Positions 46,929 to 60,109 of a stretch of 64,000 nucleotides of DNA are shown in pieces. The stretch is from NCBI RefSeq assembly GCF_902459465.1, contig NC_047062.1, forward strand, positions 26,040,001 through 26,104,000, given 5' to 3'. This DNA comes from Asterias rubens. Taxonomy: Eukaryota. Below the pieces are notes generated by a model. It was not told where the DNA came from and did no database searches. It worked only from the letters and a program-made list of their open reading frames with translations. Every line of letters begins with the position of its first letter. The stretch's first letter is position 1. A program made the position numbers and the translations under genes.

Positions 46929-48474
46929 ATGGCTAAACTTGATGCAAAAACCAAGCTCATTTTTATTTTATTCTTCATGAATATTACTTACTGTAATAAC
47001 GCCAGTGAGCCACCTGATTGTGGAAGGAGACAGGTAAAAGAAATGACTTTAAATCGTTGTAATCTTTGCAGAAAATGGTACGGTTGCATATGCGATATCA
47101 TTAGATAATTGTATGCATTATCAGACAATTGATACTCAGTAACTTGGGCGCTAGATTCCTGTTTTTTTCCCGAAATTTAACCGATAATCGACAGATGACC
47201 GATAATGTCAAAATTTCGAAAAAAGGGAATCCAGCGCCCCTAAGTGGGTCTAGATATGGATGTTAATCAGTGTAAAAAAACCTGGGAATTCGCTCCGGGA
47301 TCTGGTAAGTTTTTGTTCCTTTTTCTCCAAAAATATTTTCTCAATGGTGTTTTGAGTGTTCATTATAGACATTGAGGATTAAGTTCGTGCCCTTAGAATT
47401 TGTGTCATGATTTTTGAAAGTGGTAAAAATTGGGCAAATCTGGTGACCAGCTGTCGAAATTATACGTGTTGGACCAGATTGTCATATTTGCCGCCCGAGA
47501 GAATCTCAGCTGGTAGAGCACTGCCAAGTTAATCCAGAGGTCGTTGGTTCAGATCTCGCTCTAGTAAATCTTTCTATCAACCCCCAAATCATAACAAACC
47601 CAGTCAATTTCCCCTTGTGGATTATTTGTCTAACAGGTCAGTTTTGAGGATGATGTCAGTTATGAGGATAAGGTCACCCATCCTGGAACTGAAACAAGTA
47701 AGTAATTTGTGTAAACATGAGACAAACCCCTGGCATTTGTTAAAATGATTTGACATCACGACAAACCCAAATAGATCCTCACTAAAAGTCACCAAAGACC
47801 TGCAGCTAGAGTAGTGCTTGGCCCATACTTGGAAACACCTTTCCACTTTTAACCCTCATTGATGGCTGCATGGAGTTTATCGCTCAGTGAGCATTTATTT
47901 AGTTTTTTTTAAATTGATGTCATGCAAAATGTGTAATCAAAATCTGCTTTATAAAGTAAGTTTTTAAACTGGGTAATGGTTTGCATTAAAAATTATGTAA
48001 AAAGTGATGCCCAATCGAAATCATCATTGGAAAGGTGGGAAGAACACAACAGCCTTTTCAAAAACACTTATTATCACACAGAGCACTTATAACTTGATTT
48101 CCAAGTCATCCATGCAAGCCTAAAACAGTTTAATTTCTTTTGTTTTTATTCCAGGATCTTTGGACGGTTTCCTAGCAATGGGTTTTTGCGGATTACTTGC
48201 TGTAGTCGCAGCTCCAGTAATACTCCCTGCTGTAGGATTTACATCAGGTGGAATAGCAGCACCATCCATTGCATCAGGCATGATGTCTACTGCAGCAATT
48301 GCAAAATGGTGGCGCTATTGCAGCAGGAAGTACAGTGGCTGTTCTGCAGTCAGTTGGAGCTGCAGGGTTAGGAGCTGCAGGTACTGCTGCAGCTGGTGGT
48401 GCTGGTGCCTTAGTAGGGGCTGCTGTTTCAGAAGCATTCTAGAGGATGAATGGTACTGTATCTTGGCTGAATAG
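46929..48474 (+). pseudogene. IFI27-like: ISG12/IFI27-family gene 5, frameshifted (exons 46929-47033, 47637-47697, 48155-48442/48474)
   Basis: MAKLDAKTKLIFILFFMNITYCNNA...|VSFEDD...|RSLDGFLAMG...; gcaaaatggt at 48301-48310 has one extra A relative to gcaaatggt in all four paralogs; the ancestral frame stops at 48440-48442. Confidence 0.7.
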
Positions 48475-51409
48475 TTTAGCCCATGCATCAAACTCAAGTT
48501 CTGGAGACTAATTCACTGGAGTGTGGGTATAAATCCTGGTCATGACACTTGTGTGTCCTTGGGCAAAACACTTATTACTAAATTTGCTTCAATTTACAGT
48601 GCGTCATATACTCATCATATGATGGCTGAACTGTACAGGAAAGGGATTAAGGAAGACTGACTTTGATTTGTGAAGACAAACTATTGTTTCAATTAAAGGG
48701 ATAATTTGGGCATGGACAATTAAGTAGGAACTTCTAATATCTTCAATATTACAGAAATGTTATTAAACATTGTCTGTTTTTCTTTGCACGCTATTTTTGG
48801 ACCTACAGGGTAGACTTATGGCCAATGACAAGAGTTACGATTTTGCAGTGTATGCTTATTACAAGTAAGTGTTTCATATGTTTTAATTGAATTGCAAAAA
48901 ATGTTTGTATATTAAAGACCGTGGACAATATTGTCATAGACCAGTATTCCCACTTAATGTGACCCACGTCACCCACATATAAATTAATAAGAAACCTGTG
49001 AAAGTTACTCAGTTTGTCATCGGAGTTACAAGAAACTTGTTCAGTTTTTTTTTCTTCTCATTTCTCAAAAGTGGTAGCATTTCAGGCAAAAGTTATGGGA
49101 ACATTTATATTATGTTATGGGAACATTTATATTTTCAATCTTGTCAATAGTGTGCACAACCTTGAAATGTTGATTTGCTTATAAATTAAGTAAATTGCTT
49201 GCTTTAGTTTTATTATTTTCGTACAGTGAACTTGGAAGATTTTTGAAGCCAGACATTTGACTGTTAGTTTTTTACATAATCACTCATATAATTAATGGCA
49301 ATAAAAACTGTTAGTTTTTATGGCCAATATTTAATTTGAATCTGTCTCAGATTGTGTATTTGGGATTGTTCTTCCTGCTTAGACTATTCGCCTCTGTTTT
49401 TCAGCGATATCTTGAACATTTTGAGCTTTGGTTTGTCCTTCAAATGACAAAGATCTTCCTGGGTGTTTGATTAAATAAATAATAAATGTTTTGCATTTAT
49501 ACAATAAAGAAAATATTTCAATTTGTTGATAGATGGAATGTTCCATTCAGCTTAGCTCGCCTTTGAAGCATTCCATCTATCAACTTATGAATCAATTCTC
49601 ATCATTGCACGAATGCAAACATTCATTGTTTGTAAAAGTGAATGCCCTCAAAATTGTCAAAATTTAGAATATGCATTAATAAAATGTAATCAATATATAG
49701 TAACTGCTTAGATTAAAAAGTTTAATTACATTGGGTTTTTGGTAAAGAACTTTTGTTATTACACTTCAATAAAAATGGACGTAGAATGTTTCTCAAATAA
49801 AACTTGCATCCGAGTTTATTTTTGTTCCTGTATAGTTCACACACTTTTCATTATTATCATGAGCACACTGGAAATAAACTAAAATAAAAATCTTCTACAG
49901 AAAGGCAAATTGTGTTGTAACATTTAATGTCTAAAAAGCATTTGGACAAGTAAATTTTGTTATAAATATATTTTTCAAAACAATGTAGTTTTAATGTGAA
50001 AAGTTCATCTCTCCCAAAATTGTCTTTCAAATGGCTCAAGAGCAAATTTTCCAAGGTTTGTTGAAACGAACATTTTCTCATGTTTGATTGGAATCAATGA
50101 CAATAAGACGGAAGTTTGACCAATCTTTGCATTTAACTACCCTCACCACCAGGGTGTGGTTGTATCAGGGATGTTTGAAGCTTTGCAGGCTGTGGACAAA
50201 CTATCACTAATGAGCTTGTCAACCATGCGTAAATCTCTTTTGGAGGAGTGATGGCTCTGAAAAGAGCGGGTGTGATCTTGACAATTTGATACAAGTATAC
50301 TCTGCTCATCTTCAGGAGATTGCTAGACCTCTAATGGTCTACCCTGTGCATTCCTCCAGCCCTTGCTGCAACCTAAAGTAGTCTCCTCAAGACAACTCCT
50401 GAAGACAAGATACTGTTTGAAACAGTGAGACCACACAGCAACAAATCTTCTCAAAGCCAACACTCGTCCCAATAGAGATTTATACATGGTTAAAGACGTT
50501 GGACACTATTGGTAATTGTCATAGACTAGTCTTCACAGTTGGTGTATCTCAACATGCATAAAATAACAAACCTGTGAAAATTTGAACTCAATCGGTCATC
50601 GAAGTTGCGAGATATTATTATTAATGAACGAAAAAACACCCTTGGCGCACCATGGTCACATGAAGTTGTGTGCTTTCAGATGCTTGATTTCGATATCTCA
50701 AATTCTAAATTACTTCTTTCTCCTAAACTACGTCACTTCAAAGGGAGCTGTTTCTCACAATGTTTTATACTATCAACCTCTCCCTATTACTCGTAATCAA
50801 GAAAGGTTTTATGATAATAACTATTTTGAGTAATTACCAATAGTGTCCACTGCCTGTTACCTTATTTCCTAAAGTGTGGGTTTCTATCTTCATTTGAAGA
50901 ATAAAATTAGTCAAAATTAAACAGCAAGATAAGTAAATTTCCTCAAAGAGGCCTTGCAACTACCAACTAGAAACCTGACTTGTTTAATATCACACACACT
51001 GCATGTATTATTATCTAATTATAGAAAGACTCTGCTATTGTGTTTACATTTATACCACAGATCCTCTCGGTTGGTAAACAGTTTGCAACAGCAAATACTA
51101 TTTTCTAATTTAGTTATAAATAATATTTTAGGCAAGATTCAACGGATATTCAAAGCAGATGAAAAGACAAAAATATTTCTAATCTAAATATGAGCTATAA
51201 AAAAAAAAAAATCTAGAATTTCTTTTTAATTTTCCAATAAGTTAATGTAAGCTTATAGCTGACCCGATGGCTAAGAGAGTACAGAATTTATAATTTGAAT
51301 TCACACACTTCATGATTGAATAGGTTTAGTTAAAAGACAAAATATACATTTTCTAGTGACACGATAAACAGAAACATCGCCCCAAGATGAAGGAATAAAC
51401 ATTCTGGTA

Positions 51410-53235
51410 TTTCATATGGTAAACTCAGCACCCAAACTGTTGGACTCTGATTATGGTGGTATGTCTGATCCCATGAGTGATTTACTAGGATCCTTCCACA
51501 CTCTAACAAAACCATACACCATATGGTAAACACAGCACCCAAACTGTTGGATTCTGATTATGGTGGTTTGCCTGATCCCATGAGTAATTTACTAAGATCC
51601 TTCCTCATTCTAACAAAACCATACACCATATGGTAACTCAGCAGCCAAACTGTTGGACTCTGATTATGGTGGTTTGCCTGATCCCATGAGTGATTTATTA
51701 AGATCCTTCCTCATTCTAACAAAACCATACACCATATGGTAACTCAGCAGCCAAACAGTTAGACTCTGATTATGGTGGTAAGCCTGATCTCATGAGTGAT
51801 TTATTAAGATCCTTCCACACTCTAACAAAACCATACACCATATGGTAACTCAGCAGCCAAACAGTTAGACTCTGATTATGGTGGTAAGCCTGATCTCATG
51901 AGTGATTTATTAAGATCCTTCCACACTCTAACAAAACCATACACCATATGGTAACTCAGCAGCCAAACAGTTAGACTCTGATTATGGTGGTAAACCTGAT
52001 CTCATGAGTGATTTATTAAGATCCTTCCACACTCTAACAAAACCATACACCATATGGTAACTCAGCAGCCAAACAGTTAGACTCTGATTATGGTGGTAAG
52101 CCTGATCTCATGAGTGATTTATTAAGATCCTTCCACACTCTAACAAAACCATACACCATATGGTAACTCAGCAGCCAAACAGTTAGACTCTGATTATGGT
52201 GGTAAGCCTGATCTCATGAGTGATTTACTAGGATACTTCCACACTCTAACAAAACCATACACCATATGGTAACTCAGCAGCCAAACAGTTAGACTCTGAT
52301 TATAGTGGGATGTCTGATCCCATGAGTGATTTATTAAGATCCTTCCACACTCTAACAAAACCATACACCATATGGTAACTCAGCAGCCAAACAGTTAGAC
52401 TCTGATTATGGTGGTAAGTCTGATCTCATGAGTGATTTATTAAGATCCTTCCACACTCTAACAAAACCATACACCATATGGTAACTCAGCAGCCAAACAG
52501 TTAGACTCTGATTATGGTGGTAAGCCTGATCTCATGAGTGATTTATTAAGATCCTTCCACACTCTAACAAAACCATACACCATATGGTAACTCAGCAGCC
52601 AAACAGTTAGACTCTGATTATAGTGGGATGTCTGATCCCATGAGTGATTTATTAAGATCCTTCCACACTCTAACAAAACCATACACCATATGGTAACTCA
52701 GCAGCCAAACAGTTAGACTCTGATTATGGTGGTAAGCCTGATCTCATGAGTGATGTATTAAGATCCTTCCACACTCTAACAAAACCATACACCATATGGT
52801 AACTCAGCAGCCAAACTGTTGGACTCTGATTATGGTGGTAAGCCTGATCTCATGAGTGATTTATTAAGATCCTTCCACACTCTAACAAAACCATACACCA
52901 TATGGTAACTCAGCAGCCAAACAGTTAGACTCTGATTATGGTGGTAAGCCTGATCTCATGAGTGATTTATTAAGATCCTTCCACACTCTAACAAAACCAT
53001 ACACCATATGGTAACTCAGCAGCCAAACTGTTGGACTCTGATTATGGTGGTAAGCCTGATCTCATGAGTGATTTATTAAGATCCTTCCACACTCTAACAA
53101 AACCATACACCATATGGTAACTCAGCACCCAAACTGTTGGACTCTGATTATGGTGGTATGCCAGCCCTTATCACCCATGAGTGATTTATTCTAACATAAC
53201 CCAACACCATATGGTAACTCGACACCCAACCTGCC
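51410..53235. repeat. 106-bp minisatellite (~17 copies)
   Basis: ccatatggtaactcagcagccaaacagttagactctgattatggtggtaagcctgatctcatgagtgatttattaagatccttccacactctaacaaaaccataca; unit starts at 51626, 51732 and 51838 give a 106-bp period. Confidence 0.95.
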
Positions 53236-56200
53236 TGATCCCATATAAAGAATAATCCTCAGTCGCAGTCCAACCTTGAAATACACCAACACAATCGCAA
53301 AACAAAATATCTGCACAAAATGTAAATATGCCAATCAATATGTATTGCGTTGATTTTTCTGTTTCTAAATGACAAATGTGTTCACTATAGATACATCTCT
53401 ATGGACATCTATGGAGTCCAATTTCATAGAGCTACTTCTAAAGCACCTTTGTCTGTTGAACCAGCTCTATTAAACTGGGCCCTGCTTTTACTGCAGTAGA
53501 AACTTAAATTAATATTGTGATAAAATAATCATAACATAACAGTATGGTAAATTGATTGCTTTACATCAGTACAAAAACATCCTGAGTATCAGAAATTAAC
53601 TTGAAGAATGTATTGCTTGTTAAAGCATGGAGTTAGGTTAGACTACCTTTCTCTATGCTCAAAGGATGTTAACAAAGACAATGTACAGAAACAAAATTTT
53701 TGAATCAAATTAGAGAAAATTAAAAGATGTGGTGCCAAAAAATTTCTGAAGTAAAGAAATAAATATAAAAAAGGCTTGAAGAAGTTGCCAAAGTCTCAAA
53801 TCCTACAAGTCGTGGCAGGCATTTTTACACATGCCTTGAAGATGATCAGAGCATAGGCGTACTGATTGAAATGTTGAGAGAATAAATAGGAGAATAAATC
53901 CAGAATAAATAGCAAGACAGGTTCTTGAGAACAAGTTAACGCAATCTGACTATACAAGAAATACTTGTCTTGCCTGGTCCACTGATTGTGTGGAATGTGT
54001 TGATTTGTTGCCAAGACAACTTACTGAAACTAAGGAGTTGACATACCATCTCAGCAATCAGCATCACTGAGAGAAATAGTTGTGAGAAAAGTTGTTACAT
54101 CCAATTTGACTACAGAATGACATAGAAACTACATAGGTTTTGAAACTGTGAGAAGTCATATCTTTAAAAGAGGATGTTGTGAGGTAGACCTAGCATTATC
54201 TTTGGTTTCATTAACTCTCCCTAAAGTATTGGGTGATGTTCTATTACGTCTCCTTAGCAGCCATCGGTGAGGTGAATATGGCACCGGGCTAACGGCAGTC
54301 ATCCTATCCTCACTTGGTACATTACCATTTACAGGAGATGGGGATCTAGACGACCACCATGATAGCTTCTTGTCTTTCTCTTTCTTATCCTCCTTAGACT
54401 ACCTCCCAAGGTTACAAGCGGCGCCCATGTTTTCCAAAAGTTGAAACAGGAGTTTATTCTTGTATTAAATTTATTAATTAAGAAATGCCCTTTGATGAAG
54501 AATACACATTGTATTTAATTCACAACCTCTTGATAGGGAGGAAGGGTCGGTGGCACTCGACCGAACGTTGTACGAGTAAGTTCTGTACAGGCTTTTGTAT
54601 CGAGTGCCCGCCTTCGGAGCCAATTCAATTAGTATTTTTCTCGCCATTTATTCGTAGCAGTGAAATAAAGTGCTCAAATTAGTTTTTGTCGGGATCCCGA
54701 CAATATATCACGTGACCAATTCTTATGTGTTTTATCCGTAATTCTCCGCTAACGAGAATTTATATTGTTTTACCGTTTTCTCAAAAAGTAAAGCATTTCA
54801 TGGACTAATATTTCAAGAGAAGTCTTTCACCATTACCTTCTGTAAACCCTGTAAATTATTTTTAAATCTGTGAACTTTTTTTGTCCGTACCGAAAGTGTC
54901 TAATGGCTTTAAAACCATCCGATTCCTCACCCCTGTAAATACTACACGACTGCCATTGGTTACTGCAGCGTGCAGACCGTGTGAAAAAGTTAACACCTCC
55001 TTTGTAAACTAACTGTTCCACTATGGCTAGTAAAAACAATGCAGTAAAACATTGTCTGGCGGTTGATACTATAATTAATTTTAACTTGGTTTCGGGTGGT
55101 TCCATCGATGTTTAACCAAGGGGGTGGGGTGTCTGGCGGGCCCAATGCAGTAAAACTTGTGTGTGTCGGTTAATACTTGTGTTAAGAAGAGTGTTATTGG
55201 TCATTTCAACTTGGTTTCAGGTGGTTCCACCACCGATGTTTTACCACGCTGCGGGTGGGGATGTCTGATGGCGGGCCCGATGCAGCAAAATATCAACTTC
55301 GTTTCAGGTGGTTCCTCCGATGCTTAAACCGGGGGGGGGGGAGTAGTCTGGCAGGCTTATGCAGCAAAACATTGTCTAGCGGCTGATACTGGTATAAAGA
55401 ATAGTGTTTTATAGGCATATTGGTCATTTCAACTTTAACCAAAGTGCTCTCGGCTGCCGGTCTATCTTCGTACTTAGTGGATCTCAACATATGCATAAAG
55501 TAATAAACCTGTGAAAATTTCAGCTTAATCGGTCGTCGAAGTTGCGAGATAATAATGAAAGAAAAACACCCTTGTCACACGGAGTTATGCACTTTCAGAT
55601 GCTTGATTTCGAGTCCTCAAGTTCAAAATCTGAGGTCTCGAAATCAAATTCGTGGAAAACTGCTTCTTTCTCGAAAACTACATTACTTCAGAGGGAGCCG
55701 TTTCTCACAATGTTTCATACTATCCTCCCCATTACTCGTTACCAAGAAAGGTTTTGTGCTTATAATTATTTTGGGTAATTACCACCAGTGTCCACTGCCT
55801 GTAACCCCTAAAAATCAGGTCATTTGTAAAATGACCTGAAAACAAAGTGTTGTTCAGTATAGATAAATGACAGTTTAACGGATAACAAAACAACCAAACA
55901 AGCATTGCCTTACAATGTTCTTACCTTGGGGGGGGGGGACTCAGTTACAGGACCTTACAACAATTACATTGTACGACATGGTAAGATGATGGTAGATACA
56001 TGAAATGACTAAACAGTATTCTATTTCAATGCACTGGTACGCTCCCACTCTGATAAAATCGAAACCAATATGGTGTTATTATACTCATGTCCAACAGTGT
56101 CATTGAACCTAGATAGGTTATCTTGAATCCATTGTATGGGTAAGTTTAAATTGATACACAATGAATGGAAATAACAGATCAGCTTCTGTGACACTTTGCA

Positions 56201-59200
56201 GTTCATAGTTTCAAGGTTGTTGGTTAAAACCTTTATGGTGCAAGGGCTGTCTTATTGAGTGTTTGTTTTTAATTAAACAGTCGATTTTAATTTCGTATTT
56301 GTATTTCGAAAAAACAAATAAAGTCCAAGTTCCCCAACCACACCTAGCTAAACAGCATGCCAGTTTTCCTGTAACCAGTTGTTTAATAATAATGTTCAAG
56401 TGTACTGCAAAAACTGGCGGGGTCGTTTAAATCCACACCACGGGTGTTGTCACATGCCGAGAAGAGAATCAAAATAATACACCATAGAGTGTTAAAGTAA
56501 CACCCACTTCTTTAAAATAAACTGCATTAGTGTTATTCTAACACCATATATGTTGTTATTTTTTATTCTTTCTTTGGCCTTTTATGGTGTCAGTTTTAAC
56601 ACCCCAGTTTTCCCAATGAGTATTGCTGATGCATCACTCATGGTTAGTCGTAACTTCATGAAAGAAGGTCCATTTGTAATTTGTTGAAGCTGTATTTTGT
56701 TGTATCATTTTTAACAGATACAAAAACTCAAAGTGTAAACCAGAAATTGGTCATTAACCATTTCTTTTTTTTTTACATACAACTTTCCTATACATCCTTC
56801 ATTTCAATGTTAACCATACTCGGAGATCAAAGTAATGATATCGGGATGTTGCATGGACCTGGTAACACTTTTACTCGTACTCAAATTCCCAACGTAGGCC
56901 TACGCATACTCGAGTAGGTCTGCTATTTTTTTCTTTTCTTTTTTTAATGCAAGTCGCCCAAAACAAGGCTAAAAGCCACTCTAGGTAAAGGGCTCAGAAA
57001 ACATAAACATGCAGAAACTCAGTTGAGGTGAAAGTAGGAATTGATATTCCTCTTAAAAGATGGAAGATCATAGGATGAAGGGAAACATGCACCAGGCAAG
57101 GAGTTCCAAAGAGATGCAGGACTAGGGAAAAAGCTACTGAAGTAGCTCTTTGTTCTACATCTCGGCACAGCTGCAGTATATTTGGATACCTATGTGTATT
57201 TGGTACCCGGTGTGGCGGTTTCAGTAATCCGTCGTGTTCAGTTTTCCGGGTGACGTAGTCAGACAAAAATACCGCTGCGAGAACCCTGGCGAGTACTGTA
57301 ATTCTCTCAGTGACCCCAAATTGTTTCTATAATACGATTCTTTTCTGTTTAGTCACATTCTCTTGCTCCATCTTTATTCATGCGTACAACTTTAATCAGG
57401 TCACACTGCTTGTATAAAAAACAAACCCCATTTCTCATTTGAAAATATAAATTCTCTCATACGATCCACGCGTTCGTTATCACTGCACCGAGTGGTATCA
57501 TGGCACCTGGCATTGATCTCACCACCAGTGTATTTATACCAGAGGGCCTGGACGTACTTTATGTAGGACATCAAACACAATGTCCACAGATATACACTGA
57601 TTTACACTTACACAGTTTGAAGATAATGAGTAGATAACTTAAAATATTACTTGCTGAAGTGCTGTAGTTTTTGGAAAAGAGTAAACAATGTCATGAAAAT
57701 AATGTTTGTCTCAGTGCAGTGATCAATGAGACAAAAATTATGTTAGCATGTTAAAAACGTATTTAAAGGTAGGCCTACGCTTTCTATTATCATTATCTTC
57801 ACACGGTGTAATGTAAATACTATGTGGACATTGTGTTTTTTTGTTACACAAAGTCTGTAAAAAGGTTATTGTTGTTTTTAAACGTTACTTTCAAACCTGC
57901 CATAGCGTCACCTTGAACAATCCCTGCTTTAGGTTCACAATGGAATATCTATTGGGGCCCAAAAACTGAAAACAATGCCGTTGGTCAACAAACATGACTC
58001 CGTGTGATATAAAGAAAACTCCGCAGCTACGTGTTTCTACGTGTAAATAGGGTTATTATAAAATCACATTGCAGCCAGAAAGGCTGAATGACACGACATT
58101 ATCAACTTCAAAACAATCTGTGAGGCAACCCGCCCCCCCCCCCCTCAACGCCAGGCTTGCACACTAGATAAGACAAACAGTCTTTTTAGTGAACCTGTGG
58201 TATGTCATTTTAACACGTGCATTAATGGCACTGAAAACTATAATATTAGTAACTACTCCAAATAATTGTTTGCATAAAAACGTTCTTAGTAAAAAGCAAT
58301 GGCGAGTTGTTGGTAGTATAAAACATTGAGAGAAACTGCTTCCTCTGAAGTAATGTAGTTTTTAAGAAACTGTTATTAATTGGTTCTCTTGCAAATTCGA
58401 AGGCCGATTAGATCAAAAGTTCCACAGATTTATTAGTTTCATCATATATTATGTTGAGATACACCAAGTGAGAATATGCCTACTGGTCTTGGACAATTAC
58501 CGAAGGTATCCAGGGTATGGGCCTAATAGTAATCCTATAATTTTGTAGTAAGGCTATATTATTAATCACTGTTATGAAATTAGGCTTAAAATTATATACT
58601 TAAAATTAGTTACACACTTGAAAGTTGAAAAGGAGCAGAGAATGGGACGCCCTCTATCGTCTCAAAAGTTTCTCATTAGAAGCGTAATGACTTTGATGTG
58701 ATTTTGCATCCTAACCAAATTGCTCCGGTGTTATGCATAATCTATTACCACATCCCTGCATTCTACTCTGTTCCCTGTACAGAGCATGATTTGATACGTC
58801 TCTTCGCAAATCGCCATTCCCTTGATCGTATACGTACAGAACTGATGCCATACATCTGAACGGACAGACCTGCCGTGTATTCCCTGCCAGAGAGACGATT
58901 ATCCTTAAAGTACCGTCTACCTCCACATCAAAGGACTGATGAGTAGCCTACTTATTTTACTACATCTACACTGATTATACTGAGTATTATTCACGGTAGA
59001 CCTTTTGGTTTATAATTGAAATCGAGTATTCATAACAAGGCTTGAAATTACGAATCATTAGATCTGGTTGATTATTACATGTATTCTTACTAATAAATGA
59101 GCCGGCCATGCACACTATAGGTCCTTTAGCAAAACACTTCAGCCCAAAGTTAGGAAGACCTTGGCGTGTGTAATGTTTAACTCTGAAAATCCGCTTCCGT

Positions 59201-60109
59201 TTGGCGCCCCAGGCTCCATTCACGCTTTCTATAAAAAGAACAGAAACGAGGTTGTAATTAGTACTCCAGTCCGCGTGGTACAAGAGGTTGATTTTAAACC
59301 AGTTTAAAACAAGAGTTCAAATTGGTGGTAGACAGAATGTGTAAGCTTTCGATAACAAGGTTGATATCGATTTCGAATAACCAATAATAAGGTATTCCGT
59401 GCACTTTGTGTGTTTCCAAACGTCACAGGGACGTGTGTTTAAAGAAAACACGTTGCCTTGGATCGGACGAGTTGGTCTATTAAAAGCGTTTGAAACAGTT
59501 TGTTATGAAATATATGGTTAGAAAGATGTTTTAAAAGTAGAATATAATGATCCACACAAGTATCACTCAAAATTGCACGGTTTTCATTTTACGTCGCGAA
59601 CTAACACTGTCGGCCATTTATGGGAGTCAAAGTTTTGACTCCCATAAATGGCCGACCGTGTTTGTCGACGAGGTAAAACGAAAACTACGCAATTTCGAGG
59701 CATTTTGTGTAGATCATTGTATTCTACTATCTTTCTAACCATATCGATTTTATAACAAACGGACAGGACGCTTTTCAAAGACTAACTCGACCGATCCAAG
59801 GCAACGTGTTCCTTTAACTGCCAGACTCACTCCCCGCCTTTTGAGCCACCATGTAATGTTCACAAATAACAACAGCAAATCAACTGACGGACGGGCAACC
59901 ATTTTTAACACACACAAATCCTTATAACGTTGGGCTCATTCAATAATAATTATTCTTAGCTATTAGAATAGGCTAAAACTATTGGAAACAGATTTGAAGG
60001 TTCCAAAATGCTCTGTGTTGTTTTTAGTCAATGTTTATTTCGTTACCTCTTTCCTTGACCTCTCGATATTAATTTGTTTGTTACTCCAACATTATAGTTA
60101 CCCGAACAT

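Noticed and set aside
56994-57266. 90-aa minus-strand ORF beside a CpG-rich patch
   Set aside because: Non-ATG start, no recognisable domain, and no linked exons identified.
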